Below are positions 1-7,699 of a stretch of 64,000 nucleotides of DNA, in pieces (position 1 is the first letter of the stretch; every line of letters begins with the position of its first letter). The stretch comes from Obrimoposthia wandeli (lineage: Eukaryota): contig CDROCS010001806.1 in the NCBI GenBank assembly GCA_977020255.1, forward strand, positions 372,001-436,000, in the 5' to 3' direction. The position numbers were made by a program, and so were the translations under genes. The notes beneath the pieces were generated by a model that ran no database searches, was not told the DNA's origin, and saw nothing but the letters and a program-made list of their open reading frames with translations.

Positions 1-519
1 CACCAGGTAAGAGATACTTTGGTTGCTCAAAATATCAGATCGAAGAGTCCCACACAAGTCAATTTCTTTTGAGCGAGCAGCCCAACCTTTACGCTTATCA
101 TCATCATCATCATAACCTATACTCGACAAACAAGTGTCTTTAGTGTCTGTGCTATAGTTTAGTATGGTTTCAATCATAGCTTTTTGTGCATATTGAGGAT
201 GGGTTTCTACTACAGTATTATTCATTGTTATATCTATGCTTTTAAATAGGGAATGCATCAAGAAATTTGATGGGACCACATTATCTGCAACAGCTATTTC
301 TGTACCATCAGTTTTCGTTACTTTAATTTTCACAAACAACAAGGTATCATTCAAATCTAAGTACTCAATATCTGAACCTTGAATTTTAAACAGAATCTCT
401 GATGTTCTTGTTCCGGTAATATTGTTTGTTGGATATATATCTTCAAAGCTACCATTACTTACAACTACCTGGGGCAAAGCTCGATCAAAAATACATAATT
501 CAGATTTACCACAAGCCAT
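1..519 (-). CDS. Major capsid protein (double jelly-roll, hexon/PY), N-terminal 173 aa, open at window edge
   Basis: ATG at 519, 2 nt after the PZ stop. Manual translation MACGKSELCIFDRALPQVVVSNGSFEDIYP...EYLDLNDTLL...FEQPKYLLPG has no stop to position 1 and matches the element B ORF at 29548. Confidence 0.9.
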   Translation of the reverse strand, partial: MACGKSELCIFDRALPQVVVSNGSFEDIYPTNNITGTRTSEILFKIQGSDIEYLDLNDTLLFVKIKVTKTDGTEIAVADNVVPSNFLMHSLFKSIDITMNNTVVETHPQYAQKAMIETILNYSTDTKDTCLSSIGYDDDDDKRKGWAARSKEIDLCGTLRSDILSNQSISYLV

Positions 520-521
520 TA

Positions 522-944
522 TTAAGCAAATATAGTACCTTGTTTTCTTCGTTTGTTTATACTAGATGCTTTCTTTCTACCACTACCCTCTTGCTTTTTA
601 GTTTCGGGTTCAACCGTTTGTGCTGCTTCACTTGCTTTACGTTTACGTCGATTTTTAATAATTTTAACAACTGTACCAAAAGCTTCCTTAGCCTCCGGTA
701 TGGCTCCGGCAACTTCCCCTAGTGCATGTTGTTTAAGCATTGGTAACACAGATTTGTTGTTCATTATTACATCTTGAACTGTTTTAACTCCAACACGACC
801 TAATCTTTTCAGTATAGGGAATGCTAACCGTCCCAATGTTTTCAACCATCCCGAACCGTACTGTTTACCTACAAAATATGGTAATTCACCACCTTGTTGA
901 TGTCCACTAAATGTCTCAATTATATTCATAACTGTAATGGACAA
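522..944 (-). CDS. PZ-like basic core protein with GG/GSG protease-site motifs
   Basis: QQGGELPYFVGKQYGSGWLKTLGRLAFPILKRLG motif; sits between minor and major capsid genes; homolog at 29174. Confidence 0.8.
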   Translation of the reverse strand: MSITVMNIIETFSGHQQGGELPYFVGKQYGSGWLKTLGRLAFPILKRLGRVGVKTVQDVIMNNKSVLPMLKQHALGEVAGAIPEAKEAFGTVVKIIKNRRKRKASEAAQTVEPETKKQEGSGRKKASSINKRRKQGTIFA

Positions 945-965
945 CTATTTTTGAATACAGATTGT

Positions 966-2135
966 TTATACCTGATCTATACAACGGACATGTATGGTAA
1001 GGGATACTTTTGCATTGTTGGAAAAACTTATTGGAACACCTGCATCGTTTCTAATATTAATTTCAATGTTTGAGATTACATTTGATGCTAAAGGGATATA
1101 CATGGGTCTGTATATTGCGATATTAACCGTGTCTCCTGGTGCTTTATTTTTATCTAACCATATAGATTTTAATAAGGGTATCATTTGACCTCCAACGTTT
1201 ACAGGTTCACACAGACTAGAATACAAGTACATGTGATCAAACTCGTAATTTAATCGAGGTAGTCCAGACCCGTTGCCCGTAAATCGTGATTTATCTAACC
1301 CTAATACATACATTAAACGTTGATCAAATCCAATATGCTCAATTCCATTCTTTAATACAAATTTTATTAGCTTATCATTATCATCAATATAAAATCTTTT
1401 AAATATGACGTCGCATTTAGATTTAATGTATGCTACTAATGCATTTACATTATTATTATTTAAATCTTCTGTAAATACAATTTTCTTGTTGTATGAACCG
1501 GTTTTATAATGCATATATTGTAAATTATGTGCACTGCAATCAGGTCTGATAGACGTTGATCCAAGTAAAACTCCTTTATCATCAGACTCGAAACCTTCTG
1601 AAGTTAATGTATTGAAAATGAATCCTAATTCATTTTTAGCGTCAGCATCCATCTTGATATAGAATTTTTTGTTGTTGACGGATTTTATTAGTACAACATT
1701 ATCCTTTTTATCAATACCTACACCAACTGTGCTTAAGGAAATAGAAAGCTTTGCAATCTTATCTTTAGACGTGACGGTGAGTTTTGATATTTTATTAATT
1801 GTCTTTTTAATAACTTTTGGTTCTGATTTATCACCATGCAATTGCGGTTCTTTCTTTTCTACTTCTACTTGAGTATGAATTACTGATAAAGATATTTGAT
1901 CAGTCTGTTGATTGGAGAATTTAATAGAATAATTAATTTCACTGCCCTTATTTAAAATAACAGGAGTGTTTGTGTACGTAAATTCAGTTAATGCCGCCTC
2001 CCATTTACCATTTAACGTAATTGGATTCTTCCAATCTACAGTGAATAATGAAGCCATATTATTAGGTTGAGTTTTCGGACAACTATTACTCGGTAAAATC
2101 ATATAGAAGTCTCTATCTGGCTTGCTTTGATCCAT
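966..2135 (-). CDS. Minor capsid protein (penton/PX)
   Basis: N-terminal FYMILPSNS...W.AAL.E and C-terminal YLYSSLCEP..VGG..IPLL...MYIPL...I.NIEINIR motifs typical of Polinton minor capsids. Confidence 0.85.
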   Translation of the reverse strand: MDQSKPDRDFYMILPSNSCPKTQPNNMASLFTVDWKNPITLNGKWEAALTEFTYTNTPVILNKGSEINYSIKFSNQQTDQISLSVIHTQVEVEKKEPQLHGDKSEPKVIKKTINKISKLTVTSKDKIAKLSISLSTVGVGIDKKDNVVLIKSVNNKKFYIKMDADAKNELGFIFNTLTSEGFESDDKGVLLGSTSIRPDCSAHNLQYMHYKTGSYNKKIVFTEDLNNNNVNALVAYIKSKCDVIFKRFYIDDNDKLIKFVLKNGIEHIGFDQRLMYVLGLDKSRFTGNGSGLPRLNYEFDHMYLYSSLCEPVNVGGQMIPLLKSIWLDKNKAPGDTVNIAIYRPMYIPLASNVISNIEINIRNDAGVPISFSNNAKVSLTIHVRCIDQV

Positions 2136-3133
2136 GTTGATTCAGAATATCCATGCCACTTTACGAGATATTGTTTATTCTTACCACGGCCTTTAGATTT
2201 TACGACTTCTTGGATACGGAAAAGTGTAGGTTTATCAATTACTTGTAGTTCAGGTTCATAAAATTTCCCTGTTATTACATTACAGTCATCATCAACTATA
2301 GAGTACATTACAGGATTTGCACGTTTGTCTATTTTCTCTATCCTAAACACTTCATCACTCCAATTCTGATCAAAGTTTTTAATAAAGGGGCTACCACTAA
2401 ACTTTGATATCCGAACATAATCACCAGTCTTATGTTTGGGTTTATTAACTTTATCGACTTGATTACGACTCAACCAAATTTCCATTGCATTTTTATCATT
2501 AATATCGACAGGTCTCAATCCGTCTAAACCTCTATGCTTACTGTGATTGTATGAAGTCATTACTTTTGGTAAAACGTCAACCCATCTTTTATTGCCTTGT
2601 GCAATAAAATGTCTTTTTAATCGATCTCTCAATGTTCTATTAAACCTTTCAACTAGGGCAGCTTTGAATTGTGAAACTACAGAGTAATGTTCAATATTTA
2701 ATTTTTTAAATAAACTACCTACATTTTTGTTGTAAAACTCTTTACCCTTATCAGTTTGCACATGTATGGGGACAGTTTTATCAGTCATTATACTTAGAGC
2801 AGCCTCTATATCCTTACCTGATTTAGATTTTACAGGTAATGCACGCGCATACCTTGTAAACACGTCAATACATGTTAAAATATACTTGTTACCATCATTG
2901 ATACTTGCATATGGTATCATTTCCATCAAATCGGCCTGCCATAAATCGTTAGGACCGCTTGTTCTGTATGCTCGAGTCGGGAACTTCCGCTTCATTGGCT
3001 TGTTTAGACTGTATGCTAGCTGATTGCTCAGCCATTTCTGAGTTTTCTTTTGAGTCGATTGACTTTTTAATGATAGTTTGCCAACGCCGCTGTACCCAGC
3101 TGGGTTTTCGGGATCGTACCATATCGTTTCCAT
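2099..3133 (-). CDS. int: Retroviral-like DDE integrase with C-terminal chromodomain-like segment
   Basis: WQADL, QTDKGKEF and ERFNRTL catalytic motifs; C-terminal YLVKWHGYSESTWI. Confidence 0.95.
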   Translation of the reverse strand: METIWYDPENPAGYSGVGKLSLKSQSTQKKTQKWLSNQLAYSLNKPMKRKFPTRAYRTSGPNDLWQADLMEMIPYASINDGNKYILTCIDVFTRYARALPVKSKSGKDIEAALSIMTDKTVPIHVQTDKGKEFYNKNVGSLFKKLNIEHYSVVSQFKAALVERFNRTLRDRLKRHFIAQGNKRWVDVLPKVMTSYNHSKHRGLDGLRPVDINDKNAMEIWLSRNQVDKVNKPKHKTGDYVRISKFSGSPFIKNFDQNWSDEVFRIEKIDKRANPVMYSIVDDDCNVITGKFYEPELQVIDKPTLFRIQEVVKSKGRGKNKQYLVKWHGYSESTWIKASQIETSI

Positions 3134-3184
3134 TACAACAAGTGAATTTAAAATCGATGTTTGGTATGTTATTACCCATTTTGT

Positions 3185-3514
3185 TTATGAGTTTATCAAT
3201 TTTGCAATCAAAGGAGATACTAAAGTAGCAATTATAGGTATTAATGCACCGATAAAACCACCTTTTTGTTTTAGAATTACTCTACGTTTACCAGTTTTAC
3301 TTTTAGTATTCACTAAATCAAGTAAAGCTTTTTGATGTTTTCTAAGGTTATGTTTATGATTACCGATTTTTACAGTACCTTTTGTAATATTAAACAAGAC
3401 TTCAACCAACTTATCAATAACAAAGGGTGGAAATGACTTGAGTATACGTTGTCTATATATGCTTGGAGCCTTGATTAAAGCCTGAAAGTAGGGAAGTATA
3501 GATTTTGATAACAT
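3185..3514 (-). CDS. Small virion protein ending in QKGG followed by an amphipathic peptide
   Basis: C-terminus LKQKGG-FIGALIPIIATLVSPLIAKLINS; decayed homolog at ~27130-27320 (QNGGFIGAVIPVVASIISSII). Confidence 0.7.
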   Translation of the reverse strand: MLSKSILPYFQALIKAPSIYRQRILKSFPPFVIDKLVEVLFNITKGTVKIGNHKHNLRKHQKALLDLVNTKSKTGKRRVILKQKGGFIGALIPIIATLVSPLIAKLINS

Positions 3515-3545
3515 ATTTAATGAATTAAACTATTTGCAATATTGT

Positions 3546-3856
3546 TTATAGTTTAATCCATTTACCAACTAGTTTATTTACACGCTTTTTATCCGACTTC
3601 TTAACCGACTTTCCAACTGCTTTCTTAACAGGTTTCTTCTTTAATGGTTTCTTTTTACAGGTTTTCTCTTTACTGTCTTTACCGATTTCTTTAATGATTC
3701 ATCGACTACTTTACGCTGATGAAGCACTGATTTAATAAGATTTTTAATATGAGCATTCTTCTTTAACATCAATTTGTTATCATTAGCGTGTAATTTATCA
3801 CCCGGTCTCCATTTAGGTCCAACTCCACTAGGCATTGTTTCTTTCATAAATGACAT
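3546..3856 (-). CDS. Lys-rich basic protein interrupted by a 1-nt frameshift
   Basis: ATG at 3856. One extra A in the A5 run (plus-strand T5 at 3652-3656) extends ...KPVK to KKPLKKKPVKKAVGKSVKKSDKKRVNKLVGKWIKL, with the stop at 3546-3548. Confidence 0.55.
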
Positions 3857-3858
3857 GA

Positions 3859-4509
3859 TTAACAAGTAGATAGGCTTTTCTTTTGTTTATATACAAAATC
3901 ATTATTGAAAATATCGGTTCTCACGCGTAAATCGTCTGGACATTCCTGTGTAAAATCTAAAAACAAGTATCCATGAGGGTTAGTTGTAGCATCTTGAAAT
4001 GCGTCAATCAAATATTGCTTATTACAAGGGAAAGCTTGACGGGCAACAAAGTCGATAACCGTTTGATCTCGCGGATTTTTAAATAATACTAGATAATGTA
4101 CATTTAAATTCCGAGTACGGTGTTGACCGCCTTGATGAAAGAGATTTTGAGTGATAAAAATCACTGTTACATTTCTATGTCTAGCTATTTTGGTAAACAG
4201 GTTATTAAAACCCGACTCTTTATTTGCTTCATCAAACAAATCATCAATTACAATGACATCTCCTGAATTTAACCTCTCAGACCATTTATTATCAAAACCA
4301 TTAATAAAATGAATACCCTTCAATTTACCTAATTCTGTTCGTGTTAGACCAGATTCACCTACACCTCCGTAATGCCAGTATATTCTACTAAACTTTTGAT
4401 TAAACATGTTTTTATTTTGAAGTAATTTAGTTACAAAATGTGTTTTCCCACTCCCACTAGGTCCTACTATTTGGTAAACCGCGTTATTTTTAAGTTTTAT
4501 CATCATCAA
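3859..4509 (-). CDS. Genome packaging ATPase (FtsK/HerA, A32-like)
   Basis: Walker A GPSGSGKT, Walker B VIVIDDL, ARH...VIFITQNLF motif. Confidence 0.95.
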   Translation of the reverse strand: MMMIKLKNNAVYQIVGPSGSGKTHFVTKLLQNKNMFNQKFSRIYWHYGGVGESGLTRTELGKLKGIHFINGFDNKWSERLNSGDVIVIDDLFDEANKESGFNNLFTKIARHRNVTVIFITQNLFHQGGQHRTRNLNVHYLVLFKNPRDQTVIDFVARQAFPCNKQYLIDAFQDATTNPHGYLFLDFTQECPDDLRVRTDIFNNDFVYKQKKSLSTC

Positions 4510-4536
4510 TAATAATAAATCAAAAGAAACGATTGT

Positions 4537-4803
4537 TTATATACGTTTTATTAATATATACAACAACAGAGAATTAAAAATTGATGCAGAAAAGGTTATA
4601 TACATCATGTTTGAACGATTAATTTGAACAAATTTTTCAAAATCCTTAATCCGTTTGATATCTCTATAGACATGGGTGCAAACAATTTCCTTTATATTAT
4701 TACGAGAAAGTCCATCAAAACTAGAAAAGTATTGAACTCCATTTATTGTTCCGTTTATAATTTCCTCGACTGCATCATCAACTAATTTATCGTTTTTATC
4801 CAT
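4537..4803 (-). CDS. 88-aa hypothetical protein with C-terminal hydrophobic segment
   Basis: ATG-started ORF packed between IAP and ATPase; ends YITFSASIFNSLLLYILIKRI. Confidence 0.55.
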   Translation of the reverse strand: MDKNDKLVDDAVEEIINGTINGVQYFSSFDGLSRNNIKEIVCTHVYRDIKRIKDFEKFVQINRSNMMYITFSASIFNSLLLYILIKRI

Positions 4804-4821
4804 TTATATAAATCATAAATT

Positions 4822-5721
4822 TCAATTGTTTATATCATGAAATTTTACATTTCTTACTCTCCGTTCGATCAGACATCTGCATACTGGACATGAATGTAAC
4901 ATTCTAGAACATGATATACATGTATTTACATGTCCACAAGGGAGAAATACTACTTCAATATGATTATTTAAACATACTACACATTCAGGTACCTTTAAAA
5001 TGTATGAAAGTATATTTATATATTGTTTTTCAGGTTTCATTTCTAAATTAGATAAATCACAAAGCAATTCAAATAGTGAATTGTATTCACCATATCGCAT
5101 CATTTTATATTTTAAAACAGATTTTATTCTATCTTTCATGAAAAACTTTTTCAAATATCTGATTTGGTTTGTATCCATCAACATATCGAATTTCTCAATA
5201 GTCAAAGGATATTCAATTATACAATCTGTTTCGATTTTCTCAATAACATTAGCCTCATTATAAAGTCCTAAACATTTTGAATAGCATATATCAGGTAATT
5301 TTACATCAATATCTGATACATGTACTTTTCCAATCAATGGTGATGTATCAAAATCGATTTTCTTGTCCATAGTTTCAATTATTGGCACATTTGAAACATT
5401 TAACTTTAAAAGAAATGGACATGTAGGAAAAAATTTCATATGTTGCTTCATTGGTTTAAGATACCATTCCCATTCGGATAACGCACCTTGACAGTATATA
5501 CATTTTACTTTATCGGTTGAATCATCATCATGTTTATAAAATCCGGCTTTAGCTAAATCATTTACAGATTGTTTCCCTTTAAAATTTATAATTAATGATC
5601 TTAATCTTTCACTTTCACGTCTATATTTCCAATGTAAAACTTTCATTCTAGAATAACCTACTTTTCGTCTAACTAAAACATCATCAACAGTTGTATAATG
5701 AAGTATATAATCAACTAGCAT
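4822..5721 (-). CDS. iap: Inhibitor of apoptosis protein (one BIR + C-terminal RING)
   Basis: BIR: LAKAGFY...DKVKCIYC...W...H..FFPTCPF. RING: CVVC...FLPCGH..TC..C...L.SCPVCR. Confidence 0.93.
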   Translation of the reverse strand: MLVDYILHYTTVDDVLVRRKVGYSRMKVLHWKYRRESERLRSLIINFKGKQSVNDLAKAGFYKHDDDSTDKVKCIYCQGALSEWEWYLKPMKQHMKFFPTCPFLLKLNVSNVPIIETMDKKIDFDTSPLIGKVHVSDIDVKLPDICYSKCLGLYNEANVIEKIETDCIIEYPLTIEKFDMLMDTNQIRYLKKFFMKDRIKSVLKYKMMRYGEYNSLFELLCDLSNLEMKPEKQYINILSYILKVPECVVCLNNHIEVVFLPCGHVNTCISCSRMLHSCPVCRCLIERRVRNVKFHDINN

Positions 5722-5762
5722 TTCAAATCATGTAAGAATAAAATTCAACTAAAATTTATTGT

Positions 5763-6259
5763 TTATATCAAAAGTAAAATATCAGTTATTATCAAAGTCA
5801 CATCAAAGTGATAATCCAAATCCTTGAGACCGAGTATGACCACTTTCCCGCTTGCAAATATGTTGACGCACAGAGGATTGTGTTTTGTAAACCTTAAAGC
5901 AGGAAACAACTCAGGTTCGAACATGCATGCAGCTCCACACTTTTGAGACAACTTGTATAGGTTCACCTTCTTACCTAAATCGACAGTAACCGTTACTGAT
6001 TGAATACGATCAATCTTTATTCTAAATGGACACTTGAGCAAAGTTGTAGTAATAGGTTTCTTGCAACCCATTATCCTGCATGCTCCTAATAATAACTAAC
6101 TAACTAACTAACTAACATAAAAAACATACCTGAACGGAAGATTATAAGGGTATAATCCTTACACCTGTGCACGTACTGACATGGTTTCCCGGTTTTGAAG
6201 GGTAAGTGACTGATGTCTCCTTTAACTTTACCTTTATAATTAATATTTGCAAGATTCAT
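5763..6259 (-). CDS. Minimal two-repeat TATA-binding-protein (TBP)-like protein, 150 aa, two exons
   Basis: Exon 1 6259-6130 (43 codons +1), GT-AG intron 6129-6086 (44 nt), exon 2 6085-5763. Spliced product has IIFRSGACRIMG (repeat 1) and FEPELFPALRF...VNIFASGKVVILG (repeat 2), matching TBP YEPELFPGL...LIF.SGKVVLTG. Confidence 0.88.
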
Positions 6260-6360
6260 GATTGAATTGATGGAAATAACCCAATCTATATATAAAATTT
6301 TTAAGCTAAAGATTATCCAATCAGAATCGAGTATGATATATATATATAAGCTACCACTTT

Positions 6361-7035
6361 TGGTATAGAATTCATTATTTTGATATAAACTCTAAACAAA
6401 CTAAATCTCTTAAGTTCGAGAAGCCACCACCAACAAGGCTTACAGGCACAGATGTGGATACCGATGATGATGATGTAGTTTTTATATCAAAACCAAAGAA
6501 GCAAACTATGACAAGCAACAACCATAAACAAACCAAGACTATCAAGATTGAGAAGCAAGCAACAAATGAGGATCTCTTTATTGATGATATAGTCTCTACA
6601 CCTAAACATAAGAAACCGTTCAACAATAAACCATCAGATGTAATATTTGAGTCTAACGATTTGAAGTATACCAAGCCGGTTATGTTTTATAACTGGCAAA
6701 TGAATTTTTTGAAGACTCCAATCATATATGGATTCATGTTTCCGGTGGCTCTGAATAAGTCAAAATACGATTTCAAGATACATAGATTAAATCCGTCAGA
6801 TATTGATGATCTTAACAAAACTTTTGAGTCGATGCATCTCAACATCATAGTTGGGAATCATATAATAATTCGAGCTGATCCTAATCTTTTCAAGCGAGAT
6901 CACGACTTTAATGTTGACAATATGGGAACTGGACTCAAGTGGATGATCGTCATTTCAATACAGGGATACAAAATCAACTGTACAGGTCTTCATAAACCAA
7001 TCTGGAAAATTACTGATGGACAAGTTCGCTTATAA
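6361..7035 (+). CDS. Conserved hypothetical Polinton protein divergent from the TBP-like gene; start uncertain
   Basis: Frame is open from 6337 (after TGA at 6334-6336). Repeated peptide KQTKSLKFEK / KQTKTIKIEK supports coding upstream of the listed GTG at 6454. Two homologs in element B (25420-26352). Confidence 0.7.
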   Translation, partial: WYRIHYFDINSKQTKSLKFEKPPPTRLTGTDVDTDDDDVVFISKPKKQTMTSNNHKQTKTIKIEKQATNEDLFIDDIVSTPKHKKPFNNKPSDVIFESNDLKYTKPVMFYNWQMNFLKTPIIYGFMFPVALNKSKYDFKIHRLNPSDIDDLNKTFESMHLNIIVGNHIIIRADPNLFKRDHDFNVDNMGTGLKWMIVISIQGYKINCTGLHKPIWKITDGQVRL

Positions 7036-7262
7036 TTGTACTAATATATATTTATCGATGTTACTTTGCTTTCTTCAATATAGACTCCTACTATAAACAA
7101 AAACGTTTCTTAAGATAAAAACTGCGATAGCTGTCCGGTTATGCGGGGCAGTCTAACTCCTGGAATGAGGTCGCAGTACTAAGTAAATGAAATAGTTGCA
7201 AATAAAAATTTGGGACGGTCAATTATGTTTAATTTCAAAATTAAAATTTTTTAATTTCAAAA

Positions 7263-7420
7263 NNNNNNNNNNNNNNNNNNNNNNNNNNNNNNNNNNNNNN
7301 NNNNNNNNNNNNNNNNNNNNNNNNNNNNNNNNNNNNNNNNNNNNNNNNNNNNNNNNNNNNNNNNNNNNNNNNNNNNNNNNNNNNNNNNNNNNNNNNNNNN
7401 NNNNNNNNNNNNNNNNNNNN
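7263..7420. other. Assembly gap (158 N)
   Basis: Run of N bases. Confidence 1.
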
Positions 7421-7534
7421 AGTTTTTTAATTTTAAGTTTTTGAAATTTGAAATTTTTAAACTATATACAAATGTTACAAAATATTAACCTACATAATCG
7501 TAAGTGACGCATAAGTCCAAACAAATTTCGAGAC

Positions 7535-7696
7535 GTAAAGTGTCGGTTCTAAAACAATAGCACACAGCCCCCCGAACAAGGCACAAGGAACAAAGCACAT
7601 CTGTATGACTAATCAAATTTCAGATGTGCTTTGTTCCTTGTGCCTTGTTCGGGGGGGGGGGCTTTGTGTGCTATTGTTATAGAACCGACACTTTAC
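7535..7696. repeat. Long near-perfect inverted repeat (fold-back/MITE-like)
   Basis: Arm 7535-7603 is the reverse complement of 7621-7696 apart from a few mismatches and a longer G run; 17-nt spacer. Confidence 0.9.
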
Positions 7697-7699
7697 ACT

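Larger units (their letters stand above)
1..7262 (-). mobile_element. Polinton/Maverick (adintovirus-like) element A, partial; largely intact ORFs
   Basis: Co-oriented MCP, PZ-like, minor capsid, rve integrase, FtsK/A32-like ATPase and accessory genes. Left part runs off the window; right end is lost in the N gap. Confidence 0.95.

Noticed and set aside
426-5263. Plus-strand ORFs overlapping element A genes (e.g. 426-722, 553-777, 2766-3023, 2959-3228, 5000-5263)
   Set aside because: Antisense shadows of well-supported minus-strand genes.
7100-7262. Right terminal inverted repeat of element A
   Set aside because: The partner end is outside the window and the sequence runs into the gap, so it cannot be defined.
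7196-7444. ORF spanning the N run
   Set aside because: Artefact of the assembly gap.
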